NCBI GenBank assembly: GCA_002269645.1
Contig: NIVC01004014.1
Location: forward strand, 1-64,000
Length of the DNA stretch: 64,000 bases
Direction: 5' to 3'
Origin: Macrostomum lignano
Taxonomy: Eukaryota
In this document: positions 39,601 through 50,771 of the stretch, piece after piece
Layout: each line of letters starts with the position of its first letter
Position numbering within the stretch: the first letter of the stretch is position 1
Notes under the pieces: model-generated
Database searches by the model: none
Told to the model about the DNA's origin: nothing
Seen by the model: only the letters and a program-made list of their open reading frames with translations
Made by a program: the position numbers and the translations under genes

Positions 39601-42600
39601 TCACCCCACAAAGTAGATCCTCTTGATGCGCCCAGCCCCCGGAATCTGCATAGCCAGTTTGGCGATCGTGTGCTCGGAAAATCGATAAGTGATCTCCGAC
39701 GGTTTGCCAATCAGGTGCGTGTATTGCAGCGCGTTGCCCGTGATCTTTTCGTAGAGAGCCTCCAGGCAGAGCAGGAATGAGCCGTGGCCAAACCTATAAA
39801 GGTATAAGCGTGCGAATACTACTAAATAAGTAGTTGAACAAGTCGATAACAGTAGAACATACACAATAATGATAGTTGTCACACCTCGGCATACAGGCCT
39901 CCGCCTTGAAGACCAGATCCATATTGCAAGCCAGGATGGGCAGGTGTGTGTCCGGGTACCGCTCCGGGGCCTTGTCCGGTTTGCCGTTGGTCACCAGCAG
40001 GTCGATGATGAGCTGCAGGTAGGACTCCCAGCGGTCCGGCTCGCCGATTGAGATTATGCCTAGGGATTTTGGGATTTTAACGTTTCTCCACATTGCAATT
40101 TGATATGTGACCAGCTCGTGTTCGCGTTCATAGGCTGGGGAACTCCTGACCTTTCCATTTCACTAACTGGAATTCCCTCTATCCTTCGATGTTTGGAATT
40201 CTCCAAATGGATTTCCCTTCCACTTGATACTTTGGGATTTTCATTGTGGACTCCCCATCCAGTTCAATAACTTCAATAACTGGGATTCCCTATTATGGAT
40301 TCCCCATCCAATTCAATAACTGGGATTCCCTATTATGGATTCCCCATCCAGTTCAATAACTGGGATTCCCTATGATGGATTCCCATCCAATTCAATAACT
40401 GGGATTCCCTATTATGGATTCCCCATCCAATTCAATAACTGGGATTCCCTATTATGGATTCCCATCCAATTCAATAACTGGGATTCCCTATTATGGATTC
40501 CCATCCAGTTCAATAACTGGGATTCCCTATTATGGATTCCCCATCCAGTTCAATAACTGAGATTCCCTATTATGGATTCCCCATCCAGTTCAATAACTGG
40601 GATTCCCTATTATGGATTCCCATCCAATTCAATAACTGGGATTCCCTATTATGGATTCCCATCCAATTCAATAACTGGGATTCCCTATTATGGATTCCCA
40701 TCCAATTCAATAACTGGGATTCCCTATTATGGATTCCCATCCAATTCAATAACTGAGATTCCCTATTATGGATTCCCATCCAGTTCAATAACTGGGATTC
40801 CCTATTATGGATTCCCCATCCAGTTCAATAACTGAGATTCCCTATTATGGATTCCCCATCCAGTTCAATAACTGGGATTCCCTATTATGGATTCCCATCC
40901 AATTCAATAACTGGGATTCCCTATTATGGATTCCCATCCAATTCAATAACTGGGATTCCCTATTATGGATTCCCATCCAATTCAATAACTGGGATTCCCT
41001 ATTATGGATTCCCCATCCAGTTCAATAACTGGGATTCCCTATTATGGATTCCCATCCAATTCAATAACTGAGATTCCCTATGATGGATTCCCCATCCAAT
41101 TCAATAACTGGGATTCCCTATTATGGATTCCCCATCCAGTTCAATAACTGAGATTCCCTATGATGGATTCCCCATCCAATTCAATAACTGGGATTCCCTA
41201 TTATGGATTCTCCCTCCAATTTGCCTAGTGAGATCCTCAGTTGTGGATTCTCTATATTCGAATCACCACAGGCTTACATTCGATTCTTGGAAAGTCGGGA
41301 TTCTCCACATAGCCGTTTGCCTAAAATGTTGGTAAGTAACGGTTCTATTAACTAGAGCAATATTATTAGAACTACTAAAATTAGCATTAAAAAATTTGCT
41401 CACCACCGACTTTCTATTGTTGTGATCCACCATGTCCAGCAGGGGATAAGCTTTCTTCACATCTTCGAGCTCGCAAACATTTGTGAAGCCCAGACTAAAA
41501 AGATCAGAGATGATTTGGAGTAATAAATAGTGCTCCAGGCGCAATGGACTCCCGCGGGGAACCCCACTCTAGGGGCTTGGCTAGGAAAATCCAATTTCTC
41601 GATATGCACCAGCTTTCTTATTCAGCTGATCACGGAAAACTGTTTCCTATTTCATTCGCCTCCAGTCCAGAGATTAATTAGGGGTCCATGTTGCAGCAGC
41701 CCCCCCCCCGCCACTCGCCTCTCAGCAATCTCCAGAATCGGTCCCTGACCAACGAACAGGACCCGCTTGTGGTGCCACTTGGTGAACACGGAGAGCGGCG
41801 ACTGCGAGTGGATGCACTGGTCCGGGCTGACCTGCGGGCGGATTCGGATTGAGCAATTATGAGCGATTACTCATGGCGGTATTTAATGCCATAGGTACAG
41901 AGGACTCTTATGTGGATATTATCAACTATGAGCATATACTCTGTGTACAATTAAATTACGATATAATAGACGTACAAAAACGTAAGCACTAACATACGTC
42001 CAAACGTTAGGGTCCGTAGCCTAATGGCCTCTGGTGTGCCAACGGCCCAGGCTCGATTCCCAGTGCAGTCACATTAATTTGGGGCTAAATTTTAATCTCA
42101 GCTTGGCCCTGCTCGTGCAATTAACGGCCTTGAGGGCCAACCCCCAAGGCACAGTGAAGTGTACATGCCTAGACCCAGTGTACCCCCTGGGTCTTGCTGT
42201 CCATTAGCAGAGTTGAATTGATGAAAACTTTAATTTATTTGGGCAATCAAACTCGAGCCCCGCCAGGTCTCACCTGCACGTCAAACCACTGCGACAGCTT
42301 CTTCGCCTTGCTGTCGCCCAACGCGCAGCCGTTTGTGACGAAGGCGAACGGCACCCGCGGCTGGCCGGTCTCCGGGCAGATCAGCATGCGGATGGCCTCG
42401 CGCGCCTGCGGCAGCGGGTTCAGGCCCAGCGCGATCACCCCGTCGATGTCAAACAGCACGCCGAACTCGATCTGGTCGAGAGGGGACCGGATCTGCCTGA
42501 TCCCATCCTGTCTGATCCCATCCTGTCTGATCCCATCCTGTCTGATCCCATCCTGTCTGATCCCATCCTGTCTGATCCCATCCTGTCTGATCCCATCCTG

Positions 42601-43721
42601 TCTGATCCCATCCTGTCTGATCCCATCCTGTCTGATCCCATCCTGTCTGATCCCATCCTGTCTGATCCCATCCTGTCTGATCCCATCCTGTCTGATCCCA
42701 TCCTGTCTGATCCCATCCTGTCTGATCCCATCCTGTCTGATCCCATCCTGTCTGATCCCATCCTGTCTGATCCCATCCTGTCTGATCCCATCCTGTCTGA
42801 TCCCATCCTGTCTGATCCCATCCTGTCTGATCCCATCCTGTCTGATCCCATCCTGTCTGATCCCATCCTGTCTGATCCCATCCTGTCTGATCCCATCCTG
42901 TCTGATCCCATCCTGTCTGATCCCATCCTGTCTGATCCCATCCTGTCTGATCCCATCCTGTCTGATCCCATCCTGTCTGATCCCATCCTGTCTGATCCCA
43001 TCCTGTCTGATCCCATCCTGTCTGATCCCATCCTGTCTGATCCCATCCTGTCTGATCCCATCCTGTCTGATCCCATCCTGTCTGATCCCATCCTGTCTGA
43101 TCCCATCCTGTCTGATCCCATCCTGTCTGATCCCATCCTGTCTGATCCCATCCTGTCTGATCCCATCCTGTCTGATCCCATCCTGTCTGATCCCATCCTG
43201 TCTGATCCCATCCTGTCTGATCCCATCCTGTCTGATCCCATCCTGTCTGATCCCATCCTGTCTGATCCCATCCTGTCTGATCCCATCCTGTCTGATCCCA
43301 TCCTGTCTGATCCCATCCTGTCTGATCCCATCCTGTCTGATCCCATCCTGTCTGATCCCATCCTGTCTGATCCCATCCTGTCTGATCCCATCCTGTCTGA
43401 TCCCATCCTGTCTGATCCCATCCTGTCTGATCCCATCCTGTCTGATCCCATCCTGTCTGATACCATCCTGTCTGATACCATCCTGTCTGATCCCATCCTG
43501 TCTGATCCATCCTGTCTGATCCCATCCTGTTATCGCATCCTATTTGATCGGATCTTGTCGGATCTCTATCTAGTTTAATTCCAATAGCCAGTGAACTCAA
43601 CTCTCGGTGATCCGGTACTCACCTTGGTCTCCTCGACTCCGGGATCATCAAACGCGTCGCTGGCCTCCTCGGCATCGCAGGATGACAGGTCCTCCCGGTC
43701 GCTTGTTCCGTTGCTACCCAT
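36613..43721 (-). CDS. HDHD5: HAD-superfamily hydrolase HDHD5/CECR5 (exons 43721-43623, 42492-42274, 41831-41719, 41494-41404, 41320-41278, 40059-39885, 39793-39605, 39402-39203, 36788-36613)
   Basis: HAD motifs FDIDGVI, FVTN, IGKP and VGDNPEVDIKGAN, plus GEPDRWESYLQLIIDLL, LACNMDL..AEACMPRFGHGSFLLCLE and SILVGTGVY. All intron phases are consistent with no frameshift needed; one donor is GC. Confidence 0.93.
37655..38405. mobile_element. Two inverted copies of an atcccgggat-rich MITE-like sequence (about 37655-37830 and 38276-38405)
   Basis: ggtaggaatacaatccctggatctcgggatcccgaaatcc is the reverse complement of gggatttcgggatcccgggatcccgggattgtattccttacc. Many internal palindromes. Confidence 0.6.
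38199..38889. mobile_element. Non-autonomous DNA element with about 75-bp terminal inverted repeats
   Basis: 38199-38275 (ctaaagggtgtcc...gatctgcgcaaggtcga) is the reverse complement of 38818-38889 (tcgaccttgcgcagatc...ggacaccctttag). Confidence 0.75.
40270..41205. repeat. 39/40-bp minisatellite (ctgggattccctattatggattcccatccaattcaataa), about 24 copies, in an HDHD5 intron
   Basis: Direct periodicity. Confidence 0.96.
42010..42169 (+). mobile_element. tRNA-derived SINE, family B, 3'-truncated copy
   Basis: Matches the 5' half of 58336..58693 (ccaggctcgattcc...gtgaagtgtacatgccta). Confidence 0.8.
42497..43530. repeat. 15-bp minisatellite (tctgatcccatcctg), about 69 near-identical copies filling most of an HDHD5 intron
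   Basis: Direct periodicity; it abuts the splice acceptor at 42493-42495. Confidence 0.98.
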
Positions 43722-44228
43722 ATTTTTGCCTGCTTTTACTGGCTGGTTGCACCTGAAAAAATCTTCTGCCAACACCTTTTTATGCAGAGCATGAGCTCTC
43801 TCCAAGGCGAAGAAGTGCTCACTGTTTTATCTCACCAGCTCCGACTTTGAAGAAGAAAGAAATTCGCAGGGTCTGATCTGAGGCCAGTTTGCACAACCTT
43901 TGCTTGTCGGGCAGCGCTTTTTAAAAAACGATTTGAACACAACATTTCTTGAGGGGGGGGGGGCTTGCAGAGGGCCGCTCTGAACCTGCGCAAGCTGCCT
44001 GCCGTGATAAAAGTGAAGCTCGGAGCAGATTCTGGCACCTGGAAAAAATCGAGCTACCCCAGTAGATTACGGCAAGAGTTCTCGTACTTTTTTGAAACTA
44101 TCTTGGTTTAGAACTCAGAGCTGGCAGATAGGCCTGACCTGCTCAGCACAGCTTTAGAGTTTGTGAAATTCAGGCAATGTCAGGAATAGGACAGGAATAG
44201 TGGAGTTTCAAAAGCTCGAGACTCGAAA

Positions 44229-44428
44229 CGCAGCTATTGCGCGGCGCATCTGAAGGCTGCGTACGGCTGTTCAGTCCAAGGACTGGGGGGTCGCCACACA
44301 CACCCTCAGTTACCACAGCTACAATGCAGAGTTAAGTGTCTTGCTCAAGGACACAAATTGTTCCGATTGGGTCAAGAATCGAACCCCCAACCTTTCAGTC
44401 AAGAGTCCGACACTCTAACCACTAAGCT
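44229..44428 (-). mobile_element. tRNA-derived SINE, family A, copy 2
   Basis: The minus strand reads agcttagtggttagagtgtcggactcttgactgaaaggttgggggttcgattc (boxes A and B), and the body is shared with 7975..8209. Confidence 0.85.
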
Positions 44429-44603
44429 AAAACTCTCTACGGCGAAACTTTATATGCTCAAACTTCCCAAGCTCGAAACTTCGCATGGTCGACAGGTCTT
44501 GCAAGTCTCACAACTTAAACAATGTTGACAATGTAAGTTTTCAAGCTTGCGAAGTTCTAGCCTGTGAAAGCAACCCCAAATGATCAATCAATCAATCGAT
44601 CAA

Positions 44604-45918
44604 CAGTCAATCTGTGACAGTCAATCTGTGACAGTCAATCTGTGACAGTCAATCTGTGGCAGTCAATCTGTGACAGTCAATCTGTGACAGTCAATCTGAA
44701 TCTGTGACAGTCAATCTGTGACAGTCAATCTGAATCTGTGACAGTCAATCTGTGACAGTCAATCTGAATCTGTGACAGTCAATCTGTGACAGTCAATCTG
44801 TGACAGTCAATCTGAATCTGTGACAGTCAATCTGAATCTGTGACAGTCAATCTGTGACAGTCAATCTGTGACAGTCAATCTGTGACAGTCAATCTGTGGC
44901 AGTCAATCTGTGACAGTCAATCTGTGACAGTCAATCTGAATCTGTGACAGTCAATCTGTGACAGTCAATCTGTGACAGTCAATCTGTGACAGTCAATCTG
45001 TGACAGTCAATCTGAATCTGTGACAGTCAATCTGTGACAGTCAATCTGTGACAGTCAATCTGTGGCAGTCAATCTGTGGCAGTCAATCTGTGACAGTCAA
45101 TCTGTGACAGTCAATCTGAATCTGTGACAGTCAATCTGTGACAGTCAATCTATGACAGTCTATCTGTGGCAGTCAATCTGTGGCAGTCAATCTGTGACAG
45201 TCAATCTGTGACAGTCAATCTGAATCTGTGACAGTCAATCTGTGACAGTCAATCTGTGACAGTCAATCTGTGACAGTCAATCTGTGACAGTCAATCTGTG
45301 ACAGTCAATCTGTGACAGTCGATCTGTGACAGTCAATCTGTGACAGTCAATCTGAATCTGTGACAGTCAATCTGTGACAGTCAATCTGTGACAGTCAATC
45401 TGTGACAGTCAATCTGTGACAGTCAATCTGTGACAGTCAATCTGTGACAGTCAATCTGTGACAGTCAATCTGAATCTGTGACAGTCAATCTGTGACAGTC
45501 AATCTGAATCTGTGACAGTCAATCTGAATCTGTGACAGTCAATCTGTGACAGTCAATCTGAATCTGTGACAGTCAATCTGAATCTGTGACAGTCAATCTG
45601 TGACAGTCAATCTGAATCTGTGACAGTCAATCTGAATCTGTGACAGTCAATCTGTGACAGTCAATCTGAATCTGTGACAGTCAATCTATGACAGTCAATC
45701 TGAATCTGTGACAGTCAATCTGAATCTGTGACAGTCAATCTGAATCTGTGACAGTCAATCTGAATCTGTGACAGTCAATCTGAATCAATGACAGTCAATC
45801 TGAATCTGTGACAGTCAATCTGAATCTGTGACAGTCAATCTGAATCAATGAAAGTCAATCTGAATCTGTGACAGTCAATCTGTGACAGTCAATCTGAATC
45901 TGTGACAGTCAATCTGTG
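44604..45918. repeat. 14/20-bp minisatellite (tgtgacagtcaatc with or without tgaatc)
   Basis: Direct periodicity with two interleaved unit lengths. Confidence 0.96.
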
Positions 45919-46499
45919 CAAAAAACTACGCGTCTTTCGTTCTTGTTTCATTTTTCTGCTAACGCAGACAAAAAAACAGGTTTAATTGACCCGCACTTGC
46001 ACAGTAGGGTGCACACTCAGCCGTACGATTGCTCAAAATCTCAGTTTTAGTACAAGTGCTTTAGTGTTATTGAAAAGAAAAGATTTGAGCTGCTTTGGAA
46101 TGCCGGCAGGCACAGCTTTGCACGCGAGGGGCCGCTGCGAGAAACGGCTGGCAGTTGCTTGATAAGAAATCGAGTTGTCAAACTTTAACTGAGCGTTTTT
46201 CCGCTTTGATAAAAGATATACTTTTATAGGTATCAGGTACTGTTGCGACTAAATAAATGCAATCTATTTGTGGTCATCCCACTTGCTGCGAAAGTCAATT
46301 TGCTCCTTGTTACTTTCACCTTGTCACTCTCCCCGTTCACTATCGACTTGCCACTCTTCCCTTATCACTCTCAACTTAGTACTCTCCCCAATGACTCTCC
46401 CCTGTCACTCTCAATAAACTTAGTACTTTCCCAGTCACTCTTATCATGTCACTCCCAATTCACCAACCGCACTACCTCTGCATCTCTACCGCTCTCCCT

Positions 46500-47277
46500 T
46501 GTGCTGATTGGCTGCCAATCTACCACCCTGCCTCTCCATCTCTACCCCTCTCTGTGTGATAATTGGCTGCCAATCTACCACCCTGCCTCTCCATCTCTAC
46601 CCCTCTCTCTGTGATAATTGGCTGCCGATCTACAACCCTGCCTCTCCATCTCTACCCCTCTCTGTGCTGATTGGCTGCCAATCTACCACCCTGCCTCTCC
46701 ATCTCTACCCCTCTCTGTGTGCTAATTGGCTGCCAATCTACCACCCTGCCTCTCCATCTCTACCCCTCTCTCTGTGACAGTTGGCTGCCGATCTACAACC
46801 CTGCCTCTCCATCTCTACCCCTCTCTCTGTGATAATTGGCTGCCAATCTACCACCCTGCCTCTCCATCTCTACCCCTCTCTCTGTGATAATTGGCTGCCG
46901 ATCTACAACCCTGCCTCTCCATCTCTACCCCTCTCTGTGCTGATTGGCTGCCAATCTACCACCCTGCCTCTCCATCTCTACCCCTCTCTGTGTGATAATT
47001 GGCTGCCAATCTACCACCCTGCCTCTCCATCTCTACCCCTCTCTCTGTGATAATTGGCTGCCGATCTACAACCCTGCCTCTCCATCTCTACCCCTCTCTG
47101 TGCTGATTGGCTGCCAATCTACCACCCTGCCTCTCCATCTCTACCCCTCTCTGTGTGATAATTGGCTGCCAATCTACCACCCTGCCTCTCCATCTCTACC
47201 CCTCTCTCTGTGACAGTTGGCTGCCGATCTACAACCCTGCCTCTCCATCTCTACCCCTCTCTCTGTGCTGATTGGCT
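46500..47277. repeat. 54-56-bp minisatellite with the palindrome attggc-t-gccaat, about 14 copies
   Basis: Direct periodicity. Diverged relatives occur at about 48680-48930 and 49780-50070. Confidence 0.95.
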
Positions 47278-47663
47278 TGCAGTATCTAATCACTTTCTCG
47301 TTAATTATATAGCTAGTTGTAAGTAAGAGAGGCAAAGTAATTGTGTTTCTACGTTGAACGGAAGCAAATACTCAGAAATTATCAATGGTGTATTTGTAGC
47401 ACGAAAATATTATAAAAAGCCTTTTTTATGCGAGCCTTTCTTCTCATTTCGCTGCAGTCACGTGACCACTGACTGTAGACGGCAACATAAGCTGCGTCGG
47501 TTTTACAAGCTAAAATTCGACTGCAAAAAAGAGTTCAAACGCAGTGTTGATACCTCTTTAGCTTTTAATAAAACGTGATAAGTTATATTGTTAATATTAT
47601 TTAATAACTGCTCAGATTGCGCTTGAGTTTGGTTGTGAAGACCAGCTATAAGATTAGAGCTGC

Positions 47664-50341
47664 TCACTGGCTGCGCTGTCTTGGCGGCTCGTCGCCCATC
47701 GATGCTTCGACGTTTGCCGACACCGTCGACTGCCGCTGCGGCTGTCGCAGCTGCTGCTTCTGCTGCTGCTGCTGCTGCTGTTGTTTCTGAGGCTCCTCCT
47801 TCACCAGCGGCACTAGGCAGCGGCGGGCCCTGCTGCGGTAGGTGCTGATGAATGGATCATCAATGCAATGATCTACGTATAGATAATCCGGCCTGACGCT
47901 CATGTCCACCTTGCTAACTGAGCCGGTCATCTCTGTGACCCACTGCTCCCAGCTGTCCGCGATGATCTTCCTTGGAGGCACCAGGATTTGTACTTTCGCT
48001 GCAATTATCAAATAATTAAATTTTGGACACTGCAGATACTCAGTACGAAAATTAACTGGAGAGAGGGAATTTCACCAGCCAATCAGCAATCAGGATGGAC
48101 AGAGATGCAGGGAAACAAAGGGAAGGAAATATTTTCCCCAACCAATCAGTGGCACGAGGTGGGGCAGGGATGCAAGGACAGGGTAGGAGAGAGATTCCAG
48201 CCAATCAGCGACAAGGAAGCGAAGGCAGAAAGTTTGACAGAGATAAGGAAACATAGATCAGTTTAAATACGAGCTATTCACTTACATTTTCTGTCATCCA
48301 GCTGCACTTGACCCCGCCTTGGATACCAGATGAGGCTCTGGCAGTCGGCAGCGCTCAGCGAGCTCAACGCGGAGGCTGGCAGCCGTCGGCGCTCTCCTTC
48401 GCAGACCTTGGGTCCGATCAGGCACCTACGGCAGCCGCGGACCCGGTTGCCAAGACTCTGGTCCGGGTCGATGTCGATGGCCACTTGGAGGTCCCACTTC
48501 ACCGTGGCCAGGACGCTAATTTTCTCGCTCCTCCAGTCGATTTCGCCAGCCTCCAATTCGACCAGAGATTTGCGTGTTCTGAGCGGGAAGGAAAAGTAGT
48601 GCTCAAAAAGTAAAAAAAAACTTTTCCGCAAGGAAATCATAAATTTTCACTTTGCTGCATCTCTGGATTTCAGAGTTGTATCAGCTGATTGGCTGAGAGC
48701 ACTTCTCTGTGCTAATTGGCTGCCAGCCTTCCTATCTACATGTACCCCTTCCTATGTACTGATTGGCTGCCAATCTACCGCCCTCCGTTCTCCCTTTCAA
48801 CCCCTGCTTTCTCTGTGCTTATTGGCTGCCAAGTGCCAACCTCCCTCACTATCTCCTCTCTATGCACTGATTGGCTGCCAATCTACCACCTTCCGTTTCC
48901 CTCTCTAGCTTTCTCTCCTCGCTGATTGGCTACCAAACGACCACGCAGGCTTTAGAACTCTGTCAAATATCTGTTAATTAGTCGCTAACATATCGCCTTG
49001 CCCTATTACGTTAAACACTATTCAAAGCCATTACCTGAATGCAACAAGCCAGAGCACTATTCGATTTCTACGAACAACTTTCGTTAGTCGATTTGACCGA
49101 CTTAAAATCCACCAGTTGATTGTGGGCTCGTGATACTCTTCGAACTGAATGCATGTGGTGCACTTTCGCATTTCGCCTCGCCTGATGCGGAGGACATTGT
49201 TACCTGGCGGGGTTGCAGGTACATGAACAGTGGTATCAGGCTATGGCATGAAAATGATGATTATTCGAAGCAACCAGAATTTTGCTTGTGGCGCGACAGT
49301 CGGACGTGTTAAGCGCCCAAGTGTTCCAATCATTTTTAGTCAACTTTTATAAACTGCGAGCTAAAATTAATTCCTCAATATTTCGTTGAAAGGCGTTGTG
49401 ACTTAAGCAGACAAGTCATTTCTCGTAAAAGATAGGCATCTTATTAGCTGTCAATTATTCGATCGGTTGAGTCAATGAAGTTCCTAATGTTTCCTCGATA
49501 GTGTATATATTTAGGCATATATAGCCCATATTTCTAAGAAACGAAGTGTCTGGGACTAAGATGTCGTCAATACAATCACGCGGAGCAGTCTTACCCATGA
49601 TGTAGGGTGTGCTGCTGTTGCCGCTGCTTGAATTCACCATTTTCTGCTTGCCACTCTTTAGCGGGTGCAGCTCCCAGCGGGCCTTGCCTGAAGAGCCAAA
49701 CACGTTTTCGCTCTCCATTCGATCTGTGGCCTGTACGAAACCTATTAGCCAGTCATGATTGGCTATCGATTTTTGGATCTGTGATAGGAAATGGAGATGA
49801 ATATGCGAGGTACTGCTGGCTATTAATTCTGCAGCTGTCTTTCTCTCCCTCAAAAGTCTGACCCTCTCTAGCCGCTGATTGGCTGACGATTCTGCAGCTG
49901 TCTTTCTCTCCCTCAAATTTCTGACGCTTTCTAGCTGCTGATTGGCTAACGATTCTGCAGCTGTCTCTCTTTCTCAAATGTCTGACCCTTTCTAGCCGCT
50001 GATTGGCTATCGATTCTGCAGCTGTCTTTCTCTCCCTAAAATTTCTGACCCTTTCTAGCCGCTGATTGGTGCTGATGAGAACTTCTGGTGTCTTATAAGC
50101 TACCATCTGGAAGAATTATACAAAATAACAGAAATGTAATAAGCTTTCTTACCTTGACATGAGCCTTAACCATAATTGACGGTGTCCTATAGAGCAGGTA
50201 GCGGTCCTCCTCTCTAGTCACGATGCCGCAGTCGTGAACCCGATCGTTGGACTGACTGGCTAACGGCGAATCCAATTTGAAGACCTCCAGATAATATTCG
50301 ATGCTGCCAGTAGAAAGAATCTTGTGCTCGGTTGACGCCAT
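47664..50341 (-). CDS. FAM78: FAM78-like protein (exons 50341-50153, 49240-49035, 48578-48286, 47998-47664)
   Basis: Four exons join with consistent phases (0, 2, 1). RLTKVVRRNRIVLWLVAF, VLATVKWDLQVAIDIDPDQSLGNR and LPASALSSLSAADCQSLIWYPRRGQ...ILVPP match the remembered FAM78A pattern (TWLVA...ILQTLHWRMQLSIEVNPNRPLGQR...IPPSALVKPNANDAQVLMWRPKYGQPLVVIPP). Confidence 0.75.
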
Positions 50342-50771
50342 TTTATGGTACTTGATTATCGTTTCAGCCACCAGATTGGCTAGTTGTTCCTACACCACAC
50401 TAATCTCTTAATAGGTATTGCAATTATCTAACAGGGCTAATTATTATTGGGTGATAAAGCTAGTTATTTCGGCTGGTCAGTATTAGTCAGGAAGAAGACT
50501 CACGCCAAGGTGCAGCACGGCTAGAAAGAACGCATTCTACTGTTTAAACCGGCATCCCGGGCGGCTCGGGCAGCCATAGACGCTAATATGGGCTCTTAAA
50601 GTCTGCTTCATTCGACACAATTGTCTATGGCAAAGCGCGGAGATCTGTACCTTGAACAACGAAATTGATTCTAAAGCAAATTAGTTGATGGCATTTTAAA
50701 TAGCCCCTCAAGTCCGGAGTCAGAGCTAAATATTAGCTAACATCGCAAATACAGCAGAGAGATTTTTATAT
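50342..50771. promoter_or_regulatory. Putative bidirectional promoter between the FAM78-like and TTLL-like genes
   Basis: The divergent ATGs are only about 430 bp apart. The interval is repeat-free and includes gattggct near 50374. Function is inferred. Confidence 0.5.

Noticed and set aside
42194-43600. ORFs CLIPS/GSDRM/WDQTG
   Set aside because: 15-bp intronic array. Only 42274-42492 is real coding sequence (HDHD5).
49455-50106. Repetitive ORFs (RERKTAAES...) as FAM78 exons
   Set aside because: They derive from the about 62-bp intronic repeat, and the four-exon model closes without them.
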